From: Spirochaetota bacterium
GTDB taxonomy: Bacteria; Spirochaetota; UBA4802; JAFGDQ01
Length of the DNA: 64,000 nucleotides
Direction: 5' to 3'
Assembly (NCBI GenBank): GCA_043803405.1
Contig: JAZDKB010000003.1
Location: 32,001 to 96,000 of the forward strand
Program-made: the position numbers and the translations under genes
Notes under the pieces: generated by a model
Seen by the model: the letters and a program-made list of their open reading frames with translations, nothing else
What the model was told of the DNA's origin: nothing
Databases searched by the model: none
Shown here: piece after piece, positions 11,428 to 20,141 of the stretch
Position numbering within the stretch: the stretch's first letter is position 1
How the letters are laid out: each line of letters starts with the position of its first letter

Positions 11428-11637
11428 TGTCCGGAGACCTCATCAAATATTCTGACTGCTTAAAAATATATTTTAATCGTAACAAATAAATTATTATAAT
11501 TTATAATTTTAATTAAGTCAAGGTAAAGATTTAATCGATCTGCAAATGAAATTCTGATGTTTAAACCGAAAATAATATTATTATATTCTGCGGGTTATAA
11601 GATTATAGGCGGGAGTAAAACAGATAATCCGATGAAG

Positions 11638-12264
11638 TCAGTCATCGCTGTCAATTCTGTAATTTTTTTTAAGGTTATCATAATCAAAGTGGATCTTTTG
11701 ATTCAAGAGCTCCAGTATGTATATTTTTTCAGCATCCGAGAGAGCCTGAATTCTTTTGAAAGCTTCTGTTATGTTTTCATAAGTCATTTTTTCATCCATT
11801 GAAAAGCGCATTGTGTTTTCAAGCGCCTTTATCTGGCCGTCCCTCTCCTTTCTTTCCAGCTTGCTCAGCTCTTCCACCTGCTCCAACGCGCGGATTATTT
11901 CGTCAGCCTGTATGCGTTCTTCCCTGCCGAGATCCATTACAGCCTTCCATGCCGCAATTAAGGCATTTTCTGTTTTTCTTTCCTCTATGCTAAGATCAAG
12001 CGTAGACTGCTGCGCGTGGATTATTTTATCCTTGCCGATCAGCTCCTGCCTGGTCATTTCAGACACAAGGTTCTGTGCCTTAATGGTAGCATCAGCCTGC
12101 ATCAATTCCCGGCGGCTCATTTCAATCACTTTTTCGTACATTTCCAGATAATCGCCGAGAATTTTAATGGTCTCCGCCATTTCCATATTGCTTTGTTTCA
12201 ATGATTTGATTTGATCTTCAAGCTTTTGCCGTTTGTTTTTTTGCAAGTTTTTTAAGAATTCCAT
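11638..12264 (-). CDS. Coiled-coil protein with ~7 tandem 21-aa repeats, unknown function
   Basis: 208-aa ORF with (E/D)(M/L)SxxE periodicity every 21 aa. Confidence 0.75.
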   Translation of the reverse strand: MEFLKNLQKNKRQKLEDQIKSLKQSNMEMAETIKILGDYLEMYEKVIEMSRRELMQADATIKAQNLVSEMTRQELIGKDKIIHAQQSTLDLSIEERKTENALIAAWKAVMDLGREERIQADEIIRALEQVEELSKLERKERDGQIKALENTMRFSMDEKMTYENITEAFKRIQALSDAEKIYILELLNQKIHFDYDNLKKNYRIDSDD

Positions 12265-12621
12265 AATAAATAACCATTCTATACGATCAAATAATAGTAA
12301 TTAAACTTAATTGTTATGTCAAGTCAATTGAAATAAAATAATGCCGCCTGTTAAACATACAGGGACGAAACCGCGTTTATACCGATAAAAAATATTATAA
12401 AGATACAATTTTAGATTGCGCTGTTTAACATTATGTATTAGTATTTAAATTGTCATGATATAAGTAATTCGCAGGTTTTTTGGCTTTAATATTCGCAAAA
12501 CAGTTTAAAATCAATTCTATATTCCGGATTTATTTTTATAATAAAAAAAAGTAAGATAAATAACAAAATCTACCGTTAATAATAGAGACCGGTAAAACCA
12601 TATATAATTCCGAGGCAGGGA

Positions 12622-12930
12622 ATGGAAATAGAATATTATCCAGAAAATAATCTTATCGTATTGCTTCTTTTAACTCTATTGACAGGTTTTTTATATTTAT
12701 TCTGGTGGGTTGCCAGGGTAAGCAGGATATTCAACGATAATCCGGTCTCAAATATTCTGCTGATTATTTTTACGGGCGGGATATGGTACTTTTACATTAG
12801 CCTTAAGTATATACAAAAATCCGAACAGCTGAACGGCAGAGACGCCAAATGGTATACGATATTTTTTTTGCCTTTATCGTTTTTAATTATACAAAACAAT
12901 ATAAATGAAAGATATTTCCCAGGCAGATAG
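12622..12930 (+). CDS. Small membrane protein (DUF4234-like)
   Basis: LLLTLLTGFLYLFWW and IFTGGIWYFY repeats, QNNIN near the C-terminus; RBS gagg upstream. Confidence 0.65.
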   Translation: MEIEYYPENNLIVLLLLTLLTGFLYLFWWVARVSRIFNDNPVSNILLIIFTGGIWYFYISLKYIQKSEQLNGRDAKWYTIFFLPLSFLIIQNNINERYFPGR

Positions 12931-12945
12931 CGCAAGGAGAATATA

Positions 12946-15009
12946 ATGATAGTCAGTTGTACAAATTGCGGCTCCCAGTACTCTGTAAACGACTCGAAGA
13001 TCATGGGCAAAAAATTCGGCTTTGAATGCCCTAAATGCGGGACTAATGTTGAAATCGATAACAGGGAAGAAAAAAAAGAAAGAGAGCTGTCTGAACAGAC
13101 TATGGATAAAAAGGGGAAGGATAAAAATGTATTCGAAGAGAAAATTTCCTTCCCTGATGAAGATAAATTAATTGCTGATGACGGACTTCTGGATTCTCTA
13201 AGCGAAGAAGCGTTAACAGAGGCCGGCATTGAAGATGAAGGCAAAGACACGGGCAAAACAGCCGGGAAAGAAATGCCTTCCGACAAGGATTTATCCGACG
13301 CTCTGGAAAAACTGAGTTCAGATACAGACGATGACGAGAGTTTTAATATTGAGGACATGGAACTGCCCGACCTTGAGAACATGGGCAGCCTGTCTGAGGA
13401 AGGCGCGACTTCTGACGAAGAGATAAGTAAAGTTCAACCCAAGCCGGCAGCCGTAAAAGCCATTGCTGCGAACGCAAAAAGCGCGCCAAAATTCGACGAT
13501 AGTTTTCTTGACGAAGTAGCAGGAGACGATATCCTTTCCGAAGATGAAAATCTGCTCGAGGATTTAGCTCCTATGGAAGCCGAAGAAGATATTTTGTCTG
13601 AAAAAACTGCAGTAAGCAAACCTTCCCCTCTCGAAGAATTAACCGATGAAACAATCGGCGCAGAATTCACTGAAGATTTAAACCTGATGGATGAAGTAAA
13701 AAGCGACGAAATATTTTCCCATAAAGAAAAAGCCGGGCTCGAAAGCGAGGATGAAGATATCACAATCGACCTCGATTCACTGGATATTCAGCTTGATGAG
13801 GATGAGGCAGGCATTGCAGAAGGAAGGGAAACAGAAGAATTGTCGGATTCATTTGAAATCCCTGAAATAGATACGAAGGAAATTATCGACATTGAAGGCG
13901 ATTTTATTGAAAGCAGCAGTAAAAAGAAGGCCGTTAAACCAAAAGAACGTAAAACAATGACCCCGGAAGACGAGGAAGATATTACACTGGATCTTGACGC
14001 CCTTGACCTGACCCTGGATGAAGTGGAAGAATTAAAGGAAGGCGAAGCGCTTGAAGGGGACGATGAAAGGATATCATTGTCCGATGCAGGCCTCACCACC
14101 GAAGAGTTGATGAAAGAAGATAAGATTGCCGCGCCGGCAGCTTCTGACGATGAAGACATAAGGCTGAATATCGATGAGGTTGCCCCTGAAGTAACTTTTA
14201 ACAAAGAAATTAAAACCGGGGAATCGGACGATATTATTGTTATTGACGATGATCAGCTACCGGAAATTGATCTGGATAAATATGAAAATGAAGATATTTC
14301 ATTTGATGAAGATAAAAGAAAAATCGATTTTGAAGAACCCTCTGCAAGCAATTTCAGGGAACACGAGGAAGAAATAGCAAGCCCTGATTCGGATATCCGC
14401 GATACTGTCCCCGGCGGAATAATCAATTTCTCCATCGATTATTCCCTTAAATATTCAAGGATAGGCGCCATATTCAGGCTGCTTTGCCTGTATCCCATAG
14501 TGCTTATCCCGCATTTTATTGTTTTGTTTGTTTATTCTGTCTTATCACTGTTATTGTCTCTTTTTAACTGGATAATAATTGCCTTCTCGGGAACTCATGA
14601 AGAAGATTTTACCTGTATTCAGGAAAATACCATAAGATACATGCTTTCCTTAAGCGCATGCAGCATTGACGCAGTGGAAGAAATTCCAAAGTTCGCAGGC
14701 AGAAAAGACATTAATTATTCGCTTCAATATGACGCTACATACCCTGTAAGGTACTCGAGGCTGCTGGCAATTCTGAGAATATCCGTGGCAGGCATACTGC
14801 TTGCGGCTCTGCCCCACATAATTATCCTTGCTGTCCTGTCAATAGGAACCGCCCTCATTTGCCTCATAGGAATTATCGCGATCATCATTAGAAAGAGATG
14901 GCCCGGCGTTCTATTCGACTTTATTGTAAAATATTACCGGTATATGGCAAATGTTCTGTCCTTTATCACAGGCGTTGTCGACAGGTACCCGCGTTTTAAA
15001 TTCGAATAG
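12946..15009 (+). CDS. MJ0042-type zinc-ribbon + long acidic region + C-terminal membrane (DUF4389-like) protein
   Basis: CTNCGSQY...CPKCG; ~440-aa D/E-rich linker; duplicated C-terminal TM module (YSR...IPHFIV / YSR...LPHIII, DRYPRF). Confidence 0.8.
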   Translation: MIVSCTNCGSQYSVNDSKIMGKKFGFECPKCGTNVEIDNREEKKERELSEQTMDKKGKDKNVFEEKISFPDEDKLIADDGLLDSLSEEALTEAGIEDEGKDTGKTAGKEMPSDKDLSDALEKLSSDTDDDESFNIEDMELPDLENMGSLSEEGATSDEEISKVQPKPAAVKAIAANAKSAPKFDDSFLDEVAGDDILSEDENLLEDLAPMEAEEDILSEKTAVSKPSPLEELTDETIGAEFTEDLNLMDEVKSDEIFSHKEKAGLESEDEDITIDLDSLDIQLDEDEAGIAEGRETEELSDSFEIPEIDTKEIIDIEGDFIESSSKKKAVKPKERKTMTPEDEEDITLDLDALDLTLDEVEELKEGEALEGDDERISLSDAGLTTEELMKEDKIAAPAASDDEDIRLNIDEVAPEVTFNKEIKTGESDDIIVIDDDQLPEIDLDKYENEDISFDEDKRKIDFEEPSASNFREHEEEIASPDSDIRDTVPGGIINFSIDYSLKYSRIGAIFRLLCLYPIVLIPHFIVLFVYSVLSLLLSLFNWIIIAFSGTHEEDFTCIQENTIRYMLSLSACSIDAVEEIPKFAGRKDINYSLQYDATYPVRYSRLLAILRISVAGILLAALPHIIILAVLSIGTALICLIGIIAIIIRKRWPGVLFDFIVKYYRYMANVLSFITGVVDRYPRFKFE

Positions 15010-15016
15010 CAATAAT

Positions 15017-15040
15017 GGCAGGCGCAAGGCCTGCCCCTAC
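15017..15040 (-). repeat. GTAG-type REP-like palindrome
   Basis: Minus strand reads GTAG-GGGCAGGC-CTTGC-GCCTGCC: a 5' GTAG tetranucleotide followed by a hairpin. Confidence 0.6.
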
Positions 15041-15178
15041 TTATTTCTCATTTAATTATCAGAACTCATCTCAAAAACTGTCAGCCCTTAACCGCAATAA
15101 TAATTTCTTTATAAATATCTGTTGATTTATAATTTTACTATTTTAATATCTTACAAAAAAATGTGCTGGTAATAATTA

Positions 15179-15706
15179 ATGAAAACAAAAAATTATAATA
15201 CAAAAATTATATCTTTTTCTGAAATTGAAAATCTTTGCCTGGGATTAAAACAGGAAAAGAAAACTATTGTTACAACCAACGGATGCTTCGACATTCTGCA
15301 CCTTGGGCATATCGATTACCTGCAGAAGGCTTCCGAACTGGGCGAGGTACTTATTGTTGGCATAAACAGCCAGGACTCGGTGAAAAGGCTTAAGGGCAAT
15401 GACAGGCCACTTAACAGCGAAACAGGGCGCATTTCGGTTGTCGCCGCACTTGGCTTTGTCGACTACTGCGTGCTTTTTAAAGAAGACACTCCTGTAGAAT
15501 TACTTAAAAAAATTAAACCCGACATTCATGTAAAGGGCGGAGACTATTCTCCGGATGATTTAATAGAAAAAAAAGTAATTGAAGAGAACGGCGGCATTAT
15601 AAAGATATTGCCTCTGGTTAACGGGTATTCGACCACAGGCGTTATTGAAAAATTAATAAAGACCTCACCCCCCGGCCCCCTCTCCCAAAAGGAGAGGGGG
15701 AGTTGA
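15179..15706 (+). CDS. rfaE2: D-glycero-beta-D-manno-heptose 1-phosphate adenylyltransferase
   Basis: TNGCFDILHLGH, RLKGNDRP, VKGGDY, STT. Confidence 0.92.
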   Translation: MKTKNYNTKIISFSEIENLCLGLKQEKKTIVTTNGCFDILHLGHIDYLQKASELGEVLIVGINSQDSVKRLKGNDRPLNSETGRISVVAALGFVDYCVLFKEDTPVELLKKIKPDIHVKGGDYSPDDLIEKKVIEENGGIIKILPLVNGYSTTGVIEKLIKTSPPGPLSQKERGS

Positions 15707-15787
15707 TTCTCTCTTTTAACAAGAGGGTTTATTAGATCAGTATGAACCGATCACTCCTTCGCACAAGGAGGCCAGGAGGATGAGGTC
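15661..15787. repeat. REP-like inverted pair (CCCCTCTCC...GGAGAGGGG family)
   Basis: gacctcacccccggcc at 15661 pairs imperfectly with ggccaggaggatgaggtc ending at 15787; internal hairpin ccccctctcc-caaaa-ggagaggggg. Confidence 0.6.
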
Positions 15788-15803
15788 GAATATATAAAAT
15801 TAA

Positions 15804-17768
15804 ATGAATGATATTTTCGGCGAAAACGGGCATTTGAGCCGCGTACATGCGAACTTTGAGTTTCGCAAAGAGCAGCTTCAGATGGCGGAATTTATTATGG
15901 AGCGGCTTCTTGATAACGAGAACGCGCTGATAGAAGCAGGCACGGGCATAGGGAAAACGCTGGCGTATCTTATACCCGCAATTCTTTACAGCCTGGACAA
16001 TAAAAAGATAGTGGCTATAAGCACCGAGACCAAGGCGCTTCAGAAACAGCTTGTAGACAAAGACATACTCCTCGCAAAAAAAGTCATCAAAGAATATGCC
16101 GGAAAAGACTTTAAGCACTCCCTGTGCCTCGGGAGCTCAAATTATCCGTGCAGGAAAAGATTCGAAGCTCTCATATTAAAAGGCGCGTTTGAACCAGGTG
16201 ATGAAGAAGCAATAGATATCCTGAAAGGCTGTTTTACTGGCAAAGACATTATCTCACGTTTCAACATATCTGTTCCAAACCGCCTGTGGAACGAAGTATG
16301 CAGGGAAAGCGAAGCATGCAATACGCACCGTTGTCCTTTCACATCGAGCTGCGTTTACCTGCGGGCAAAGAGGGACTGGGCAAGCTCCAATCTTCTTGTT
16401 ATGAATCATTACCTTTTCTTCTCCAATATATCCGCAGGCAAAGCGTATCTGCCGAAATTCGACCTGGTGATATTCGACGAGGCGCATTCAATCGAGGAGA
16501 TAGCATCGGATCAGCTCGGATTTGAGGAGAGCTATGACCGTATGATAGAGGTGCTTCAGAGCCTTTACAAGAAGACCAGGAAAGGCGGCATAGTCCGCAG
16601 GATATCCAATGACAAAAACAGGAAAGAAGCGGTTGAGGCAGTGAACGCGATCTCGAAAGAGCTGAATATATTTTTTGAAAAGCTGCGCGACCTTTTCGGC
16701 AACAAACAGAATTCTTTCCGCTTTAAAGAAACTCTTTCATTCGGCGACGTTTTGATAAAGCATCTGAAGGATATTCTTGCTATCTTCGACAAGGTTGAAG
16801 ACGACTTTAGCGAAGACGCCGAGAATATAGAATTCGAGATCGCCCGCGGGAAGATGTTCAGTTTTATGCAGAATATCGATTCGCTCATGTATCTTAAAAA
16901 TTCCAATTTTGTTTACTGGATAGAACGCGACAGCGAAGAAATGATAGGCGATATTCATCTGCTCGGCAAGCCTGTAGATGTTTCCAAATCCATGTATGAT
17001 GAAATAAATTCCTTTTACGATAGCAGCATTTTTGTTTCGGCCGCGCTGACCGCAAAAAAAGAGTTTTCGTTTATTGCGGACAGGCTGGGCATTTTCAATT
17101 ACAAGCCCCTGCTTTTAACCTCGCCGTTCGATTACAAGAATCATGTTCTTCTGTACCTGGAAAAAGCATCGGCCAACCCGGATGATCCGAGGTACATGGA
17201 TCATGCTGCGGAAATATCCGCAAAGATAATAGATCTCGCTGGCGGAAACTGCCTCATGCTTTTTACATCCTACAAAATGCTTGAGACCGTTAGAAGAAAG
17301 CTGGCACCTCTGGTCAAGCGCGCGATCTATGCCCAGGGCGACTTTTCCGCTACCGAAACAGTAGAGCGCTATATAAATGACGACGGGTCAATACTGATGG
17401 GAACGCATTCGTTCTGGCAGGGGATCGATCTTCCGGGCGACCTGCTGCGCGGGGTCATCATGATGCGCCTGCCCTTCAGCGTGCCGGACAGGCCCATAAC
17501 ACAGGCGCGTATTGAACGCCTTGAACAGGCTGGCTTAAACCCGTTCGCCTCGTACCAGATCCCGAGCGCTGTAATAAAATTCAAGCAGGGCTTCGGCAGG
17601 CTGATACGCAGCAAGGAAGACCGCGGCATTGTTGCAGTACTCGACCCGCGCATTCTTTCAAAAGGTTATGGCAAGCTGTTCCTGGAATCGCTGCCCGAGT
17701 GCAGAATGGTCTATACGTTTGACGAACTTAAACGAAATTTCCCAGCGCTGGCAGTGTTAAAATCATAA
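15804..17768 (+). CDS. dinG: DinG/YoaA-family Fe-S helicase
   Basis: EAGTGIGKT, Fe-S cysteines, DEAH, FWQGIDLPG, QGFGRLIR. Confidence 0.92.
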   Translation: MNDIFGENGHLSRVHANFEFRKEQLQMAEFIMERLLDNENALIEAGTGIGKTLAYLIPAILYSLDNKKIVAISTETKALQKQLVDKDILLAKKVIKEYAGKDFKHSLCLGSSNYPCRKRFEALILKGAFEPGDEEAIDILKGCFTGKDIISRFNISVPNRLWNEVCRESEACNTHRCPFTSSCVYLRAKRDWASSNLLVMNHYLFFSNISAGKAYLPKFDLVIFDEAHSIEEIASDQLGFEESYDRMIEVLQSLYKKTRKGGIVRRISNDKNRKEAVEAVNAISKELNIFFEKLRDLFGNKQNSFRFKETLSFGDVLIKHLKDILAIFDKVEDDFSEDAENIEFEIARGKMFSFMQNIDSLMYLKNSNFVYWIERDSEEMIGDIHLLGKPVDVSKSMYDEINSFYDSSIFVSAALTAKKEFSFIADRLGIFNYKPLLLTSPFDYKNHVLLYLEKASANPDDPRYMDHAAEISAKIIDLAGGNCLMLFTSYKMLETVRRKLAPLVKRAIYAQGDFSATETVERYINDDGSILMGTHSFWQGIDLPGDLLRGVIMMRLPFSVPDRPITQARIERLEQAGLNPFASYQIPSAVIKFKQGFGRLIRSKEDRGIVAVLDPRILSKGYGKLFLESLPECRMVYTFDELKRNFPALAVLKS

Positions 17769-17881
17769 TTATATTATATTTTTTATCCTTTGAATTTTTT
17801 TGCTTGAATTCAAAAGATATTCCTTAAAAAAACAACATAGCCATAATAATATCATACAAGAAATTTTAAGAGGAAAACAAC

Positions 17882-19336
17882 ATGTCGAAATTTGATCTAA
17901 CGCTTTCGGATCTGAACTCGCTTTTTCCGGACAACTTTACGGAGGAACAGAAGGCTAAAGCAAAAACAATATTCTTAAAAGAGCTTTCTTTAACAGCGCA
18001 TAAATTCTACTGCGGGAAAACAATGACCGTACCCAAAGCCGGGATTTACGGCTTTAACTGGTTCAATGTATGGTACACTCCGGGCGTATCGATGATATCG
18101 ACAACGATAAGGGACAACAATGACGCATCCTTCGAGCTTTCGAACAGGGGAAACCTTGTCGCGGTGGTTTCGGATTCGACGCGCGTGCTGGGCGACGGCG
18201 ACTGCACGCCCCCGGGCGGGCTTGGTGTTATGGAGGGCAAGGCCTTCCTTATGAAATACCTCGGCGGAGTCGACGGGGTTGCGCTTTGCATTAACAGTTA
18301 CAATAAAAAGGGCGAGCACGACCCGGATAAAATAATTGATTTTGTAAAGATGCTGGAGCCGAGCTTCGGAGCAGTCAACCTTGAAGACATTTCCCAGCCC
18401 AACTGCTACAAGGTGCTGGATACTCTGCGCGAGGAATGCGATATTCCTGTGTGGCACGATGACGCCCAGGGCACGGGCTGCGTAACAGTCGCGGGACTTG
18501 TCAATGCACTTAAGGTCGCGGACAAGGAGATCGGCAAGGTCAGGATAGTTATGATAGGCGCAGGCGCGTCCAACACAACCATTTCAAGGCTGATATTAAA
18601 GGCGGGCGCTGACCCGTCTAAAATGATTATTTTCGATTCAAAGGGCGGGCTTCATAAAGGCAGGGACGACATAAAGGCAGATGCGGCTTATTACAGGAAG
18701 TGGGAGCTTTGCGAAGCTACGAATCCGGGCAGGGTAAACGAGATCGAAGCTGCCATGAAGGACGCGGACGTGCTGATCGCGCTATCCAGGCCGGGCCCTG
18801 ATGCTGTTAAACAGGACTGGATAAGAAGCATGGGGAAGAAGCCGATTGTGTTTGCATGCTCCAACCCGGTGCCGGAAATTTATCCCTTCGCTGCAAAGGA
18901 AGCGGGCGCGTATATTGTTGCAACAGGCCGCGGAGACTTTCCGAACCAGGTCAATAACTCGATCGGGTTCCCGGGCATTCTTAAGGGCGCTCTCCTTGTA
19001 AGGGCAAGGAAAATAACGGACGAGATGGCGCTTTCTGCCGCGTACGCAATCGCGAAATTCGCGGAGAAGAAAGGCATTAACCCGGAAAAAATAATGCCCA
19101 CTATGGACGAAACGGAAGTCTTTGCGGAAGAATCCGCGGACGTGGCCATGGAAGCGATTAAGAACGGCGTTGCAAGGATAAAGCTTTCGAGGGAAGAGGT
19201 TTATAAAACAACACTGGCTGACATTAAAGAAGCAAGGGCAGTAATGGATGTGCTTATGGAAAAGCAGTTCATTAAAAAACCGGATATTGCCCTGCTTGAA
19301 GCAGCAGCTAAAAAAGCAATCGATGCGGTAAAGTAA
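17882..19336 (+). CDS. NAD(P)-dependent malic enzyme
   Basis: YTPGV, VMEGKAFL, NLEDISQP, HDDAQGT, GAGAS, TGRGDFPNQVNN. Confidence 0.93.
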   Translation: MSKFDLTLSDLNSLFPDNFTEEQKAKAKTIFLKELSLTAHKFYCGKTMTVPKAGIYGFNWFNVWYTPGVSMISTTIRDNNDASFELSNRGNLVAVVSDSTRVLGDGDCTPPGGLGVMEGKAFLMKYLGGVDGVALCINSYNKKGEHDPDKIIDFVKMLEPSFGAVNLEDISQPNCYKVLDTLREECDIPVWHDDAQGTGCVTVAGLVNALKVADKEIGKVRIVMIGAGASNTTISRLILKAGADPSKMIIFDSKGGLHKGRDDIKADAAYYRKWELCEATNPGRVNEIEAAMKDADVLIALSRPGPDAVKQDWIRSMGKKPIVFACSNPVPEIYPFAAKEAGAYIVATGRGDFPNQVNNSIGFPGILKGALLVRARKITDEMALSAAYAIAKFAEKKGINPEKIMPTMDETEVFAEESADVAMEAIKNGVARIKLSREEVYKTTLADIKEARAVMDVLMEKQFIKKPDIALLEAAAKKAIDAVK

Positions 19337-19348
19337 GGCTACTTTACT

Positions 19349-19735
19349 TCACCAGACTGTCTTGACTTTATATTTCTTTATTTGCGAATCAGATGTTATT
19401 ATCGGATAGCCAGAGCTGATTGACTGGGCAATGAGCATTCTGTCAAACGGATCTTTATGTATTTCTTTGAGATTATAAACCTGTATGGCATGGGGGATTG
19501 TAACCGGAAACGGAATAAAATTATATGCGCGAATGATCTCTGAAACAAAAGTATCCAGATCGACATCAATATTTATCTTGCCCAGCTTCAGCTTAATGCT
19601 TATTTCCCAGACTACCGCAGAGCTTAGAAAAATATTGTTTTTGGAAGTTTTTATTATATTCTCTGCTTTTTCTGAAATCCGCGGATCATTGTTTGCGAAC
19701 CATAATAAAACATGTGTATCGAGAATATAATTCAT
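19349..19735 (-). CDS. vapC: PIN-domain toxin (VapC)
   Basis: ILDTHVLLW, WEISIK, HKDPFDRMLIAQ, ITSD. Confidence 0.92.
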   Translation of the reverse strand: MNYILDTHVLLWFANNDPRISEKAENIIKTSKNNIFLSSAVVWEISIKLKLGKINIDVDLDTFVSEIIRAYNFIPFPVTIPHAIQVYNLKEIHKDPFDRMLIAQSISSGYPIITSDSQIKKYKVKTVW

Positions 19736-19971
19736 TACTTATAAAAATCCTCTGTTGCTTTATCCGGCAACGGCCGGTCAATATCGTCAGAATATTTAAT
19801 TTTCCCTTTAAAAATTCCGGGCTTTCTGTCTTTGTTCTTTTTATTTATCGAAACAAGCCTTGCGACCGGCTCTCCTGATTTTGCAATTACTATTTCCTCA
19901 CCTTCTATAGCCCTGTTAATTAATTTTGACAGGTGTGTCTTTGTCTCGTATATATTTACTTTAATGGACAT
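19735..19971 (-). CDS. Phd/YefM-family antitoxin
   Basis: VNIYETKTHLSKLI...GEEIVIAKSGEPVARL; overlaps the toxin by 1 nt. Confidence 0.9.
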   Translation of the reverse strand: MSIKVNIYETKTHLSKLINRAIEGEEIVIAKSGEPVARLVSINKKNKDRKPGIFKGKIKYSDDIDRPLPDKATEDFYK

Positions 19972-20003
19972 ATATAAATCCTTATGTAATTTTCTTTTCT
20001 TTT

Positions 20004-20032
20004 AATATATATTTGACCAAATACTTAGTCAA
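20004..20032 (-). promoter_or_regulatory. Sigma70-type promoter of the phd-vapC pair with overlapping operator-like palindrome
   Basis: Minus strand TTGACT-N17-TATATT; imperfect palindrome TTGACCAA-atac-TTAGTCAA at 20013-20032. Confidence 0.55.
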
Positions 20033-20141
20033 GCCAATTTAAATTCTCTTTCGCTGAAAAATTTATAAATAATAAGGAGAAAACATCTTTACAGAATCAA
20101 CTTTACTCTAATTATTAGGTTCTTACAAAAGGAAATAAAGC

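Noticed and set aside
12792..14435. Ser-rich antisense ORFs (and similar shadow ORFs across the window)
   Set aside because: They are reverse-complement artefacts of D/E-rich or well-supported genes on the other strand
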